A DNA stretch of 45,469 nucleotides from the UHGV virus genome UHGV-0206691. One strand, 5' to 3'. The position numbers and the translations under genes were made by a program. This stretch comes from a virus. Position 1 is the first letter of the stretch. The number at the start of each line of letters is the position of its first letter. Below are positions 43,984-45,469 of the stretch, piece after piece. Below the pieces are notes generated by a model. That model worked only from the letters and a program-made list of their open reading frames with translations. It was not told the origin of the DNA and ran no database searches.

Positions 43984-44195
43984 TATCCCGCGTTGAATGA
44001 GCCAAGTACGATTCCGCTTTCTTTCGGTTTCTTGATTTCGGTAACTTTTACGTTATCGTTGAAGTTATTCATGGTTGTTGGGTCATCCTTCGCGCGAACC
44101 AGGCTCAAGGCTTCATCCGGGGACTTAGCCCACACCACAAAAGAATCGTATTGGTCATAATCACACCAGTTGGCTTCTACTAAATATAATTTCAT
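43983..44195 (-). CDS. hypothetical protein (70 aa)
   Basis: ORF track; first gene downstream of promoter 44229..44257. Confidence 0.45.
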   Translation of the reverse strand: MKLYLVEANWCDYDQYDSFVVWAKSPDEALSLVRAKDDPTTMNNFNDNVKVTEIKKPKESGIVLGSFNAG

Positions 44196-44228
44196 CTTCT
44201 CTACTCCGTTCTCGCTGTCGATGGAGTA

Positions 44229-44257
44229 AATATAATAGGGTCGATGGTAATAGTCAA
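44229..44257 (-). promoter_or_regulatory. sigma70-type promoter TTGACT-N17-TATATT
   Basis: minus strand TTGACTattaccatcgaccctatTATATT, about 35 nt upstream of gene 43983..44195. Confidence 0.55.
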
Positions 44258-44286
44258 CTAGTCATTACAGAAAATAGATAAAAAAA

Positions 44287-44311
44287 ATCCCGGCTGGGTC
44301 AGGGCCGGGAT
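44287..44311 (-). terminator. intrinsic terminator after lysis cassette
   Basis: ATCCCGGCtgggtcagggCCGGGAT stem-loop; plus-strand A8 run gives T-run on minus strand; lies about 65 nt past endolysin stop. Confidence 0.6.
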
Positions 44312-44375
44312 AAAACTGGAGAGCAGAGGGATGGAACAGGAGGTGATTTAAGTATCGTCGGGTTAGCCTTAAGTG

Positions 44376-44882
44376 TCAACCTTTCACCGCGCGCCCGATA
44401 GCCTCTGCCTCCTGCCACGGTTTACCGTCGAACAGTGCCAGGCGACCAGCTACGCGGCGGCGCAGGCCCAGAACTGGCTCGAGTTTACCGGTTTTAGGGT
44501 TGCGCTGGTTAATGAACTGACTCATCTTGTGCCGTAGAGTAGGGATGTCGCCCTGCCGTAGCGCCTTACCCGTGCCTGTAGTAGATGCAATCACACCAGC
44601 ACCTGCGTTGTAGACCAGGTCGCAAACAGCGTCGAACTGCGCCTGTGTCAATGAATGGTGCGCTGCTGCATCAACCGCGGCTACGGCTTTAGCCATATCA
44701 CGATTCAGTAACAGGAGGCCTTGCCCGGGCGTGATGGTCTTGCCCGGGGTTACGTCCGGCCCATAGTGCCCGTAGCCTATAGTCAGGTACTTTTCGTTCG
44801 GCGTAGCGCGATACGCAGTACCACGGAATCCCTCGAACGCGGCGGTGAAATGCAGCCCATTATCTGAAATGTTTCGAGACAC
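44376..44882 (-). CDS. endolysin, phage lysozyme (GH24, P22 gp19-like)
   Basis: ORF track 44376..44933 trimmed to GTG after GGAGGG; FEGFRGTAYRATPNEKYLTIGYGHYG and LTQAQFDAVCDLVYNAG resemble P22-type lysozyme. Confidence 0.85.
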   Translation of the reverse strand: MSRNISDNGLHFTAAFEGFRGTAYRATPNEKYLTIGYGHYGPDVTPGKTITPGQGLLLLNRDMAKAVAAVDAAAHHSLTQAQFDAVCDLVYNAGAGVIASTTGTGKALRQGDIPTLRHKMSQFINQRNPKTGKLEPVLGLRRRVAGRLALFDGKPWQEAEAIGRAVKG

Positions 44883-45132
44883 GCTTATGCCCTCCGTACG
44901 ACAGCCACGCCTGGCGAATCTGGCGCAGCGCAACTAATGTGATTAATGTCTCAGGCAGCGTAGGTGACATGCTGCCCTGTAACAGATGAATACATCCGGC
45001 GGCGCAGACAATAGCAGTCAGGATGTAGAGCACCCGGCCAAATAATCCGTCATCAACGCTGGGATGGTACACATTAAACAGCGATGCGCCTCCGATTGCC
45101 AGCATACCGCCGAACCAGAATAACTCATTCAT
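44860..45132 (-). CDS. lysis-cassette membrane protein (holin or antiholin, 2 TM)
   Basis: ORF track 44860..45312 trimmed to ATG (MNELFWFGGMLAIGG) after GAGGAGG; overlaps holin stop and endolysin start. Confidence 0.5.
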   Translation of the reverse strand: MNELFWFGGMLAIGGASLFNVYHPSVDDGLFGRVLYILTAIVCAAGCIHLLQGSMSPTLPETLITLVALRQIRQAWLSYGGHKRVSKHFR

Positions 45133-45433
45133 CTGAGCCTCCTCGACGTGCGATGTATTCTCCTGCGACGATACCGGAGAGACGGGAATAAATAGGCATC
45201 CAGAGAATAGCGATAATGAAGCCCAGGCCTGCGATTTCACGGTCGCCCGTGATACCGAACCATTGAGCTGCGAGAGGTGCGCCAAATACGGCGCAGGTGA
45301 AGCCGGTTGCAATAAAGCAGAAGCCGTCGATGGGGCCAGAAATAACGGACTTATGTTGCCTTAGCCCGATTACCCCTCCGGCTAGTGCGGCAGCGAGAAG
45401 CCACCCCGTCACTGTTTCAGTAAATTTATCCAA
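45125..45433 (-). CDS. holin (about 3 TM segments)
   Basis: ORF track; TTG start after GGAGGA; hydrophobic segments LLAAALAGGVIGL, FCFIATGFTCAVFGAPLAA, GLGFIIAILWMPIY; charged C-terminus; first gene of lysis cassette. Confidence 0.6.
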   Translation of the reverse strand: MDKFTETVTGWLLAAALAGGVIGLRQHKSVISGPIDGFCFIATGFTCAVFGAPLAAQWFGITGDREIAGLGFIIAILWMPIYSRLSGIVAGEYIARRGGSDE

Positions 45434-45469
45434 GATGAATCCTCCAGGTGCGTATTAAGTATGCAGTAA

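Noticed and set aside
1-45469. CRISPR array, integrase or attachment site
   Set aside because: No short direct-repeat arrays with unique spacers and no tyrosine or serine recombinase motifs seen in any ORF.

Overview
This 45.5-kb window reads as an essentially complete tailed dsDNA phage genome (siphovirus-like gene order, enterobacterial-style RBS and promoters). Layout: (i) a leftward operon of about 12 small early genes (40-3237, minus strand); (ii) a rightward replication module (3747-16855) with an AlpA-like HTH protein, AEP primase-helicase, XRE regulator, PD-(D/E)XK exonuclease, SSB-like protein, family-A DNA polymerase, VRR-NUC nuclease, C5 cytosine methyltransferase, SNF2 helicase and HNH-AP2 endonuclease; (iii) a leftward morphogenesis module (16884-41785) with tailspike, tail tip, tape measure, chaperones, major tail, connectors, capsid, scaffold, Rz/Rz1 spanins, head morphogenesis, portal and both terminase subunits; (iv) a leftward block of small genes plus the holin/endolysin cassette (42010-45433). 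The morphogenesis module is interrupted three times by rightward accessory cassettes (26915-28731, 36259-36492, 38130-38459), each behind a near-identical promoter and ahead of its own hairpin terminator. The four-gene cassette at 26855-28762, encoding an Imm-like membrane protein and an HTH-fused calcineurin-like metallophosphoesterase, is my best candidate for an uncharacterised superinfection-exclusion or counter-defence system. No tRNA, rRNA, CRISPR array or integrase was found. All functional calls are motif recognition by eye with no database search; family names (DUF551, DUF2800, DUF2815, DUF1833, Imm) are from memory. Coordinates I derived myself (trimmed starts, sub-60-aa ORFs, promoters, hairpins) are +/-2 nt: in three places my hand-indexing disagreed with the ORF track by 1 nt.
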